From positions 1,216,001 through 1,280,000 of the forward strand of contig CAXXIA010000002.1 in assembly GCA_963666985.2 (NCBI GenBank): DNA of 64,000 nt, given 5' to 3'. Shown here one piece after another: positions 49,603-58,212 of this stretch. The notes under the pieces were generated by a model, which was not told the DNA's origin, made no database searches, and was given only the letters and a program-made list of their open reading frames with translations. Positions within the stretch are counted from its first letter, which is position 1, and each line of letters starts with the position of its first letter. Position numbers and translations under genes: made by a program. The DNA comes from Spirochaetia bacterium (GTDB lineage Bacteria > Spirochaetota > Spirochaetia > DSM-2461).

Positions 49603-51510
49603 TTACGGCCTTTCGGCCGCCCGGTAACGTCCCAGATTCCGATACTCTTCCGATGTTTCCCGGAACGCCGCTTCGGCTTCCGAGAGCGAAGATAAATCTT
49701 CGGGAAGCATCGCATCAACGTAAAACATATAGCTCCAGGGCTTTCCCGCTATCGGACGCGATTCAAGCTTCGTCATGTCGATGTTGAAGTTCTTAAGAAC
49801 GGTAAGGCAATCGGCCAATGAACCGGGATGACTCTTAATGGTAAAGGTAAAAGACGTTTTATCGGCGTTCTCCGGAGCGGCGGTATCCGCCTTGGCGATA
49901 ACGGCGAACCTCGTATAGTTCCTGGGATTCGTCTCAATATCCTCGGCGAGAATCTCCAGCTTGTGAAAAGCCGCCGCCTCCGCGCTCGCGACGGCCGCTA
50001 TGGACGGATCGGACTCCCGGGCAATCATGCCCGCCGCCCCGGCCGTGTCAAAATAGGACACGGGCTCCCAGCCCTTCCCGGCGATATACTCTTCGCATTG
50101 AGAGAGGGCTTGCGGATGGGAATAAACCCGGCGAATCTCGGACTCCTTCGTTCCGGGTTTTACAATAAGATTATGGCGAATTCTTACTTTTATCTCTCCG
50201 ACGATTTTCACGTCGGGATAGCGTGACAGCAAATCGTAATTTTCCAAAACACTGCCCGCCAGGGAATTCTCTATCGGAAGCATTCCCCAGGAAACGTCCC
50301 CGGAGAGAACGGCATTGAAAACATCGGAGAAACGGGGCAGCGGAATCGATTCCACCTCGCCATCGGGGAAATAATTCAGAATGGCGCGTTCGCTGTAAGC
50401 TCCCCGTTCTCCCTGAAACGCCACCCTGGGCTTGGTCCCCACCCCCCGCTTGCCGAGGTGCGAACGCAGAACATCTTCCTGATGCCGCTCGGGAAGCCGG
50501 GCCATCTCGCGGCCGACCGTGGGACAAAGAGCTTCGATGTCCCGCAAAAGCTTATCGAACTGCTGCGGCCATAAAGTCTGCGCTCCGTCGCTCATGGCCT
50601 TATCGGGATTCGTATGAACCTCGACAATCAGTCCGTGCGCTCCCGCGGCGATACTGGCCAGAGCCATCGGCGGGACCTTGTCGCGGATACCGGTCGCATG
50701 GGAAGGATCGACGATTATCGGCAAATGACTAAGTTCCTTCACCACGGGAATGGCCGAAATATCCAGGGTGTTCCTCGTTTCTCTTCCGAAAGTTCGGATT
50801 CCCCTTTCACACAGAATAACATCGTCGGTTCCGGAGGCCAGAAGGTATTCTGCGGCCATCAGCCATTCCTCTATTGTGGCGGCCAGCCCCCTCTTGAGAA
50901 TAACGGGCATCCCTTTGGAACCGACGGCTTTCAGCAGTTCAAAATTCTGCATGTTTCGTGTTCCGATCTGAAAGGCATCGACATATCGGCTCATTTCATC
51001 AACGTCTCCGGGAGAGACAATTTCGGAAACAACCGGCATTCCCGTGGCCTCACCGGCCGCTTTCAGATATTCCAAACCTTCAAAACGCAATCCCTGGAAA
51101 GCGTACGGAGAGGTACGGGGCTTGAAAGCGCCGCCGCGGAGCATAACGGCACCGGATTCTTTGACGGCCCAGGCCGTTTCCATAATTTGCGATCGGGATT
51201 CAACGGCGCAGGGGCCGGCAATGGTGATAATGCGCGATCCGCCGATTTTCACCGGGCCGATGCTTATCACCGAATCCTCAGGATGAAACTGACGGGAAGC
51301 CATTTTATATGGCTTACTGATGGGAATAACCCGGTTCACACCGGGAAGCACTTCTACGTCGCGGGTATCGATAGATGCCATACCGACAGCGGCAATAACC
51401 GTATCGTTCTCGCCGATAATTTCCCTGGTTCGAAAACCTTTCTCGGTAAGAAACGAGATTATGTGATTCTTATCGGATTCAAAGACGCCGTTTTCAAGTA
51501 CGATGATCAT
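49603..51510 (-). CDS. aroF-pheA: Fused DAHP synthase (type I-beta) / prephenate dehydratase
   Basis: DAHP synthase motifs IAGPCAVES, FKPRTSPY, QIGTRNMQNF and DPSH. PDT motifs VAFQGERGAYSE, PIENS, SHPQALSQC, NYTRF and KLESRP. Confidence 0.93.
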   Translation of the reverse strand: MIIVLENGVFESDKNHIISFLTEKGFRTREIIGENDTVIAAVGMASIDTRDVEVLPGVNRVIPISKPYKMASRQFHPEDSVISIGPVKIGGSRIITIAGPCAVESRSQIMETAWAVKESGAVMLRGGAFKPRTSPYAFQGLRFEGLEYLKAAGEATGMPVVSEIVSPGDVDEMSRYVDAFQIGTRNMQNFELLKAVGSKGMPVILKRGLAATIEEWLMAAEYLLASGTDDVILCERGIRTFGRETRNTLDISAIPVVKELSHLPIIVDPSHATGIRDKVPPMALASIAAGAHGLIVEVHTNPDKAMSDGAQTLWPQQFDKLLRDIEALCPTVGREMARLPERHQEDVLRSHLGKRGVGTKPRVAFQGERGAYSERAILNYFPDGEVESIPLPRFSDVFNAVLSGDVSWGMLPIENSLAGSVLENYDLLSRYPDVKIVGEIKVRIRHNLIVKPGTKESEIRRVYSHPQALSQCEEYIAGKGWEPVSYFDTAGAAGMIARESDPSIAAVASAEAAAFHKLEILAEDIETNPRNYTRFAVIAKADTAAPENADKTSFTFTIKSHPGSLADCLTVLKNFNIDMTKLESRPIAGKPWSYMFYVDAMLPEDLSSLSEAEAAFRETSEEYRNLGRYRAAERP

Positions 51511-51615
51511 GAGCCCATCCTACCGTATCGGTATATCTTCGCACAGGGAGTCCGGTCCGGATTAAAACAATTCCGGTATTTTCGCCGAACACCTATTCGG
51601 AGAATCACCGGTGTG

Positions 51616-52323
51616 CTAAAGGAGATCCGGATCCTTTAAAGGCCTCATCTTCCGGCTTAGAATAACGCTGTCCGCACCGTATCTGTCCCGATAAGCATTA
51701 ATTAAAGAGGAACGAATCGTCATAATTCCCGAAATGTAATCCAGAGTGGATTTTGGAGCACCGAGACGCCCGACTCTCCCGGGACCGGCGTTATACATGG
51801 CCAGAGCCGCCACGACGTTTCCGGAAAGCTCCATCGTTTCTTTCAGGTACGAAACACCCAGATCGGCATTCAGCGTCGGATCGAAAAAATCATCTTCCTG
51901 AAGATAGAAAAACGTGGCCGAATTGAGCTGCATAAGCCCTCGGTCCGTCGTTCTGTTTACGTTCTTGCCGACGGCGGTCGTCTGAAAACCGCTTTCCTGC
52001 CGGGAAAGGGCGACAACCAGCGCCGGATCGATTCTGTGTTTCTCGGCGGCGTTCAGAAGGGCCTCGGCAACCTCTTGGTCACCAATTTCATCAATGAAAA
52101 ACTCAACAACGGACGCCCGCGTACGCGGATCTTCATATTGGGAGAGCAGTCCGTCCGCGATTCTCGAAAAACTGTAATCGAGGTAAATATAAACCGGCGT
52201 ATCGTCGGGAGTCTCATTCTCCGTAATGGAAACCGCCGAATCGCTCTGCGCCGCGAAAGATGCAAGCAATAAGGCGAAAACAACGATGGAAACACGTTTA
52301 ATTGGGGGCTTCTTATACTTCAA
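51616..52323 (-). CDS. Lytic transglycosylase (SLT domain) protein
   Basis: Motifs RQES, GLMQL and AMYNAG; signal peptide. Confidence 0.9.
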   Translation of the reverse strand: MKYKKPPIKRVSIVVFALLLASFAAQSDSAVSITENETPDDTPVYIYLDYSFSRIADGLLSQYEDPRTRASVVEFFIDEIGDQEVAEALLNAAEKHRIDPALVVALSRQESGFQTTAVGKNVNRTTDRGLMQLNSATFFYLQEDDFFDPTLNADLGVSYLKETMELSGNVVAALAMYNAGPGRVGRLGAPKSTLDYISGIMTIRSSLINAYRDRYGADSVILSRKMRPLKDPDLL

Positions 52324-52477
52324 AACAATAACCTTTTTAAACGCTCGAAAGTGAAAATGATTTTTTTCTTTCAGTAAAGGGATGAACCGCTCCGATTTAT
52401 GGAGTTTTTATGAAGAGATTTTGACGATTTCCATTAGGACATGGATTCGGATTCATACGGGCTATATCTTGTTAGAG

Positions 52478-53164
52478 ATGTTTCTGTTGAATGACGTCAC
52501 AAATCAGCTCCGTCATGAAATAAAGGCCATGATTCCGGTTAAAAATGTTGAAATTCGCCTTGTTTCGGTAACTCACGACCTCAGAAACGGTGAAGAGCGG
52601 GCTCTTATCGAGCTTCTGGCCCTTTCTTCCCTGCTCATCGGCAAGGCATGGGGCTCTTTTATTTTGGAATTATCGGCCACCGACGATGAGATTCGCGCGT
52701 CATACCGGCGGACCGGTCCTCAAAGCGCGACGCTGATGCCGTTTCCACCGTCATTAAAGAAGAAGATTGGGGCTCTCGGCGGTGAACTCGACGAAAACGG
52801 CGTCTTATGCATTCCCATGCCCGCCGCCAAGGATGTCCGGGTTATCGATTTGGATGAAGTCGTCGAAAGAACCGGCCTGACCCATGAAGAGGTCCATTCA
52901 ATTCTTAAAGGATTCATGGATGACGGAAGGCATAATATTCGTATACTTACCGAAGAAAATTTCCAGCCGAATCGCGAAACACGTCTTAGAGCGGCGCATT
53001 CACTCAAAGGATCGGGTAAAAATCTTTGCGCCTTGGAACTGACGGAAGCGGCGGCGGCGATCGAGAAATCACTCAAAAACGGAGAAGATTCACTTCCATT
53101 GATACAGAAGCTTAAAAGAGTATGGGAACATATCGAAAAATGGTATAGTGAGAATTCTCTATGA
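52478..53164 (+). CDS. Hpt domain-containing protein with a degenerate HATPase-like N-terminus
   Basis: Hpt motif AAHSLKGSGKNL. Start placed at ATG 52478 (the ORF track starts at 52382). Confidence 0.75.
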   Translation: MFLLNDVTNQLRHEIKAMIPVKNVEIRLVSVTHDLRNGEERALIELLALSSLLIGKAWGSFILELSATDDEIRASYRRTGPQSATLMPFPPSLKKKIGALGGELDENGVLCIPMPAAKDVRVIDLDEVVERTGLTHEEVHSILKGFMDDGRHNIRILTEENFQPNRETRLRAAHSLKGSGKNLCALELTEAAAAIEKSLKNGEDSLPLIQKLKRVWEHIEKWYSENSL

Positions 53165-53517
53165 TGGCCAAGACGATTTTATACGCCGAAGACGAATTCA
53201 CCAACCGAAAAATCATGAAATACCAATGCGAACGCTTCGGTGTGGATTGTGTTCTTGCCGCCGATGGTTTGGAAGCTTTGGAGAGATGCCGAACGGAAAA
53301 GTACGATCTTGTCGTTCTGGATCAGTACATGCCCGGCCTCAATGGTGATGAAGTGGCCAGAGAACTGAAAAAGATACGTCCGGATCTTCCTCTTGTGGCG
53401 ATTACCAGCGACGACAGCTACGTTCCCCGTCTCAAATCTTCGGGTTTTGTCGCCGTTTATGTAAAACCTCTGCGCGGAAACGACTATAAAGAATTCCTGG
53501 AGACCTATGTAATATGA
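53161..53517 (+). CDS. Single-domain response regulator (CheY-like)
   Basis: Motifs YAEDE, LDQYMPGLNG, AITS and VKP. Confidence 0.9.
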   Translation: MMAKTILYAEDEFTNRKIMKYQCERFGVDCVLAADGLEALERCRTEKYDLVVLDQYMPGLNGDEVARELKKIRPDLPLVAITSDDSYVPRLKSSGFVAVYVKPLRGNDYKEFLETYVI

Positions 53518-55091
53518 GGGTTCAAATAAACCGCTTTTTCTTGATCCTGGTTCTGGCCCTCGCGGCATCGGCGGCTGTAACGGCGAACGAATCCTCCTAC
53601 CGCTTTACCGTCCAATTCAGTCCAAGCAGAATCAGCTGGAATCCTCATTACGCCTACACAACCACCGAAGCCCAGATATTCACGGCGCTCTATGAAGGTC
53701 TCGTTACTTTTCATCCGGCAACCCTCCGGCCCATTCCCGGGGCCGCCGAATCCTGGGATATATCCGAAGACGGAACCGTCATCACATTTCATCTGAGGGA
53801 CGGTCTCTTCTGGAGCAACGGTGAACGGCTCACGTCCATGGATTTTCGTGATTCCTGGCTGACTCTGCTCTCACCGAAAACAGGCGCCGAATACGCCTCC
53901 ATGCTTGACGACGTGGCGGGAGCCAGAGAATACAGAACCGGCTCGGGGAGCAGTGAAGATGTGGGATTGGAAACACCCGATGCGAAAACACTGATTGTTA
54001 CATTGAAGCAGCCGACTCCTCAGTTCCTGTCCATACTGTGCCATTACAGTTTCACACCCGTGCATCGTGATTTCAGAAACGAACCCGATTGGTCCGCACT
54101 CAAATCCGTCCCCGTAAACGGTCCCTACATCATCAGGGCAAGAAACGAGAATGAAATCCTCTTGGATAAAAATCCCAAGTACTGGGACGCGGACTCCCTG
54201 ACGATCAAAGCTCTTCGTATTTTGTTTCTGAATGACCCGGCCGAGGTTATGCGGCGGTTTAATCGATTCGAAATCGATTGGATCGTCTCCGGAATGGACA
54301 CATCTTTGCTTTCGGGCCCGGAATCGCTGATTATCGCGCCGCTTTTCTCAACAACGTATTACTATTTCTCCAATAACGGAACGGCATGGGCCGATGGAAA
54401 TATCCGGCGCGCTCTGTGTCTTCTTCTGCCTTGGGATGAGATTCGGGGCAATCGCTTCATTCCGGGAACATCGCTCGTACCGCCCATCCCCAACTACCCC
54501 GAATCATCGGCGGGATTCCCCGATGTGGCGATTCGGGCCGAACAAGCCCTTTCGCTTCTCGAAGCCGCCGGATACCCCGGCGGCCGGGGACTTCCCAGCC
54601 TGACCATTAAAGTTCCTCAAGAGGATCCGGTGGCCGAAGTTATGATGAAAACCTGGAAAGAAGCCCTGGGGATGGATGTTCGAATCGAGACGGTCACTTT
54701 TCCCGATTACTATGATTCGATCAATGAAAAAGGATACGACATCGCAACGCTTACCTGGACCGGAGATTACGCCGATCCGTATACCTTCCTGGGAATGTGG
54801 GATTCAAAAAGCAGCTTTAACGAATCGGGTTTCTCGGATACCGAATTCGATGCCATGCTCAGGGAATCCGCTCTTCTTCCCTATATTCAGAGACTGAATA
54901 AACTCAAAGAAGCGGAAGACCGTCTCCTTTATTCCTGCCAGGTTATGCCGATCGAACATTTTCCGGCGGTTAACATTATCGACCGGCGCTTCATCGAAGG
55001 ATGGTTCCCGAATGCCCTGGATATTCATCCGTTTAAAGATATCATGCCCAAGCTCGGATACAACATTCCGGGCGTCGTCATGGCCGACTGA
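53514..55091 (+). CDS. Peptide ABC transporter substrate-binding protein (OppA family)
   Basis: Motifs LYEGLV, PGAAESWDISEDG, FWSNG, NGPY, KNPKYWD and WTGDYADP. Confidence 0.9.
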   Translation: MRVQINRFFLILVLALAASAAVTANESSYRFTVQFSPSRISWNPHYAYTTTEAQIFTALYEGLVTFHPATLRPIPGAAESWDISEDGTVITFHLRDGLFWSNGERLTSMDFRDSWLTLLSPKTGAEYASMLDDVAGAREYRTGSGSSEDVGLETPDAKTLIVTLKQPTPQFLSILCHYSFTPVHRDFRNEPDWSALKSVPVNGPYIIRARNENEILLDKNPKYWDADSLTIKALRILFLNDPAEVMRRFNRFEIDWIVSGMDTSLLSGPESLIIAPLFSTTYYYFSNNGTAWADGNIRRALCLLLPWDEIRGNRFIPGTSLVPPIPNYPESSAGFPDVAIRAEQALSLLEAAGYPGGRGLPSLTIKVPQEDPVAEVMMKTWKEALGMDVRIETVTFPDYYDSINEKGYDIATLTWTGDYADPYTFLGMWDSKSSFNESGFSDTEFDAMLRESALLPYIQRLNKLKEAEDRLLYSCQVMPIEHFPAVNIIDRRFIEGWFPNALDIHPFKDIMPKLGYNIPGVVMAD

Positions 55092-55097
55092 GATTCT

Positions 55098-56345
55098 TTA
55101 AGGATTCGCGATCAGATTAACCCGAATCAGCGCCATTTCCCGAACGCCGTAGACTTTTTTTACCCCGAAAGGCAGAGAGGAGGCGATCATGGTGTTGATT
55201 CCGTGTATTCCTTCAGCCTTCAGTCTGGCGATTTTCCAATCGGCGATATTCCGATCCGCCTGTTTCACCGGCGAAAAATCATCGCCGGTCGTCTTCGAAA
55301 AGAACATGCTCATATAATCCGTCAGCCAGTCTTTCCGGCGGTTCAGCCATGTCTGAGTCCTGGAATCGCGGAATGTATATCCGAGATTCACCTTCGAGAA
55401 AAAAACCGTAGGCACTTCATCGGCCGTATTGCCCGTTACCTCGGGGATGTTCTTGTAAAAAGAAAATTCCGGAGTCCAGAGAATACCGGCGTCTCTTCCG
55501 GCGGAAGAGGGAACACGCACCATCAAATCACTCTCTCGTCGGTGAAGATCGGCCGTAACCGCCAGAATGATAAGTTCGTCGAGTTCCGCCTGCAGCCCGG
55601 GATTGTATTTCACGGCAATCCGCCAATGGGAATCCATGGAAAGATTGTAAAGAGCCGCAATTAAACTTCTCCAGGAGCCATCAAGATCTTCCATCCGCTT
55701 CCCGAAACGCCGACTTCCTATCAGTTCTTCTCTAATGCGATTGCGATCGGGCGAATACGTGGAAGCCGTTTCCCCCGGAGGAATCCAATCGGCGGCGAAT
55801 CGCGCAATGGAAATCTCCACCATGTCCTCAGCCGAAGAGCCGACGTTTTCCGATACATCAAAAACAGCGGTGATTTCCTGCGGAACTCCCGTAATAACGA
55901 GAATTTCATCCCGTGCCTTCTCAAACAGATACCGGACTCCGGCCGCATAGTCTCCGGCCCATTTCGGCGCGCCGGAAGCCATCGCGGCGTCCGCGTATAA
56001 CGCGCGTATCGATTCGGAAGATTCGGGAAAATATCTTCCGGCCTGACGCCGATCCGCGGCCCGTGAAAATTGGTTCCGTCCCGGATCCTTGGAAAGGAAA
56101 TGGATTAAATCACCAAGTCCGCCTCCGGGAGGAATCGGAGAAAAGACATACAATGCGGCCGAATCAAGGCCGCACGGTTCGCCATCCGAAGTACCTTTTC
56201 CAAGTAAAAGACGAACCGAGGAATTTCGTATATCCCTGGCGGCCCGTTTTTCGGGCACGTTTAAGAGTAATACGATAATCACCACCAGCACGAGAAAGCA
56301 AATACCGACTGTCGCCATGAGCAAGGGAACTGTTTTCCGACTCAT
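55098..56345 (-). CDS. Membrane-anchored protein with a C-terminal FliL-like domain
   Basis: N-terminal TM. The C-terminal ~120 aa (FYKNIPEVTGNTADE...VNLGY...RRKDWLTDYMSMFFS...LKAE...IN...VREM) resemble spirochaete FliL by eye. Confidence 0.6.
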   Translation of the reverse strand: MSRKTVPLLMATVGICFLVLVVIIVLLLNVPEKRAARDIRNSSVRLLLGKGTSDGEPCGLDSAALYVFSPIPPGGGLGDLIHFLSKDPGRNQFSRAADRRQAGRYFPESSESIRALYADAAMASGAPKWAGDYAAGVRYLFEKARDEILVITGVPQEITAVFDVSENVGSSAEDMVEISIARFAADWIPPGETASTYSPDRNRIREELIGSRRFGKRMEDLDGSWRSLIAALYNLSMDSHWRIAVKYNPGLQAELDELIILAVTADLHRRESDLMVRVPSSAGRDAGILWTPEFSFYKNIPEVTGNTADEVPTVFFSKVNLGYTFRDSRTQTWLNRRKDWLTDYMSMFFSKTTGDDFSPVKQADRNIADWKIARLKAEGIHGINTMIASSLPFGVKKVYGVREMALIRVNLIANP

Positions 56346-56354
56346 ACAAAATTA

Positions 56355-56382
56355 TTATCGGTATAAAGCGTCGGCGGTTTGA
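56355..56382 (-). promoter_or_regulatory. Sigma28 (FliA)-like promoter
   Basis: (T)CAAA-N15-ACCGATAA on the minus strand, 9 nt upstream of ATG 56345; consensus is TAAA-N15-GCCGATAA. Confidence 0.5.
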
Positions 56383-56407
56383 CGCCTCTTTGGGTTTTCG
56401 ATATATT
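56379..56407 (+). promoter_or_regulatory. Sigma70 promoter of carD
   Basis: TTGACG-N17-TATATT. Confidence 0.6.
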
Positions 56408-56416
56408 GTGACGGCC

Positions 56417-56926
56417 ATGGCCAAAAATACCGCTGCAACTCAATTCAAAAAGGGACAGCAAGTAGTCTATCCATTGCAAGGCGTCGGTCTCGTAGAAAAG
56501 ATCGAAGAGCGGCAATTCAGAGGCGAAATGGTTCCTTATTACGTGATGTATTTCGACGTATCCGACATGACGATACGGATTCCCGTCGCAACTGCCTCCG
56601 AACAGGGAATACGCGCTATCGTTCCCAAAGCCGAATCTGAAAAGGCTCTGGAACTTATTTCGGCCGAATATGAACCGGTTCCCACCGACTGGAAGCTTCG
56701 TTATCAAATGAATCTCGACCTTCTGCGGAAAGGCGACGTTACGGACATCGCACAGGTTGTCACCAAGCTCTACCATAGAAGCAAGGTAAAAGAACTGCCC
56801 ATTCTGGAGCGAAAACTCTACGACAGCGCCCTTCGTCTTCTGGTGGATGAAGTTTCGTTCTCCCTCGGCAAAAAGAAGGATGAGGTGGAACAGCTTATCT
56901 TCATGAAGCTGGAAGCGGGCGAATAG
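56417..56926 (+). CDS. carD: CarD family transcriptional regulator
   Basis: Motifs FKKGQQVVYPLQGVG, IRIPV, GIRAIV, WKLRY and ERKLY. Confidence 0.92.
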   Translation: MAKNTAATQFKKGQQVVYPLQGVGLVEKIEERQFRGEMVPYYVMYFDVSDMTIRIPVATASEQGIRAIVPKAESEKALELISAEYEPVPTDWKLRYQMNLDLLRKGDVTDIAQVVTKLYHRSKVKELPILERKLYDSALRLLVDEVSFSLGKKKDEVEQLIFMKLEAGE

Positions 56927-56938
56927 GCCGTTCTTCCG

Positions 56939-57619
56939 GTGCCGTCTTCCGCGGCGATAAAATCGAACGGACGGAATTGGGACGCGGAATTTACCGCCGT
57001 TTCCGCCGCCCTTTCCGATGTTCCTCTTCCCTCGGTCGATAGGATTAAATCGGAACGGTCCGAGCCCTGGGCCGTTCTTGCTTCCACCGTTATTTCCCTG
57101 AGAACAAAAGATGCCGTCACGCTGGAAGCGTCCAGGCGTCTTTTGGAGCGGGCGCCCTATCCCGAAGCCATACTCAAGCTCTCCGAAAATACCGTCGCCC
57201 GGCTGATCTATCCGGCGGGTTTCTATAAAACGAAGGCAAAGAATCTGCGCGATGCGGCCGGAATCATTATCGAAGAATACGGAGGGAAGGTTCCGTCCGA
57301 ACGTGATGAACTTTTAAAGCTGCCGGGCGTAGGGCTCAAGACGGCCAATCTGGTTCTGTCGGTGGGCTTCGGGATTCCGGCGATCTGCGTAGATATCCAC
57401 GTTCACCGCATCGCCAACCGTCGAGGCTGGATTCACACGGCGAAACCCGATGATTCGGAAAAGGCACTGCGTCAAGTCCTGCCGGAAAAGTGGTGGATTC
57501 CGGTAAATCGATTATTAGTGAGTTTTGGTCAGAATATATGCACACCGGTATCGCCGCACTGCTCGAAATGTCCGCTTGCCGAAAACTGCCCGCGAATCGG
57601 CGTTGAGAAAAGCCGATAA
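56939..57619 (+). CDS. nth: Endonuclease III
   Basis: HhH motif LPGVGLKTAN, VDIHVHRI, and 4Fe-4S motif CTPVSPHCSKCPLAENC. Confidence 0.93.
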   Translation: MPSSAAIKSNGRNWDAEFTAVSAALSDVPLPSVDRIKSERSEPWAVLASTVISLRTKDAVTLEASRRLLERAPYPEAILKLSENTVARLIYPAGFYKTKAKNLRDAAGIIIEEYGGKVPSERDELLKLPGVGLKTANLVLSVGFGIPAICVDIHVHRIANRRGWIHTAKPDDSEKALRQVLPEKWWIPVNRLLVSFGQNICTPVSPHCSKCPLAENCPRIGVEKSR

Positions 57620-57644
57620 GAACGGGAAAAATGTTTTCGGTAGG

Positions 57645-57744
57645 GCAATTTCATAATTCATGAAATTGCTTCAATTCGATGGCCGAAATCCCTTGGGATC
57701 CGCTTTGGAAGGGCTTTGTTTCAAAAATCGCAGATTTTTGAAAC
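57645..57744. repeat. Two AT-rich perfect inverted repeats between convergent genes
   Basis: GCAATTTCAT-N5-ATGAAATTGC (57645-57669) and GTTTCAAAAATC-GCA-GATTTTTGAAAC (57718-57744). Confidence 0.6.
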
Positions 57745-57754
57745 CACTCCGGGG

Positions 57755-57976
57755 TTATCCCTTTTCGGCGATTATCGCGTATGCGGCAATCTTCTCGTCG
57801 GGATAGAGGTTCGGAGGGATATGCTCCTTGCCTACGGATGAGGCAATCATATACCTCGCGCAATTTAAATTGTTGTTTTTGCAGTACTTCTCTTTGAGTT
57901 CTTCTCTTTCATCGGCCCTTTCGGTCAACTGACCGCGGAAGAAAGGGCATTCATCTATTAACTCACATTCAGCCAT
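57755..57976 (-). CDS. Small Cys-rich hypothetical protein
   Basis: C-x5-CPFF ... YC-x6-CARY ... PPNLYP pattern; sits in an otherwise empty gap. Confidence 0.75.
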   Translation of the reverse strand: MAECELIDECPFFRGQLTERADEREELKEKYCKNNNLNCARYMIASSVGKEHIPPNLYPDEKIAAYAIIAEKG

Positions 57977-58212
57977 GAAGCACCCTGGTAACCGGAAGGT
58001 TCATCTCCGTTATTTTCACCCGGATTCCTTTCCCGCGTCAATTCTTTCGCCGGCAACATGACGTTTCGGTAAGATTTCTTGGCCCGTACCCCTATACCGT
58101 TATATAGTCATCAAAGCCGCCCGAGAATCCGACAGCCGTTTTGGGCGGTCTTCTATAAACCGGAATCTTGAGGATGAACGATCATGAGAAACCAAATTGA
58201 CGGGCGGAAGCA

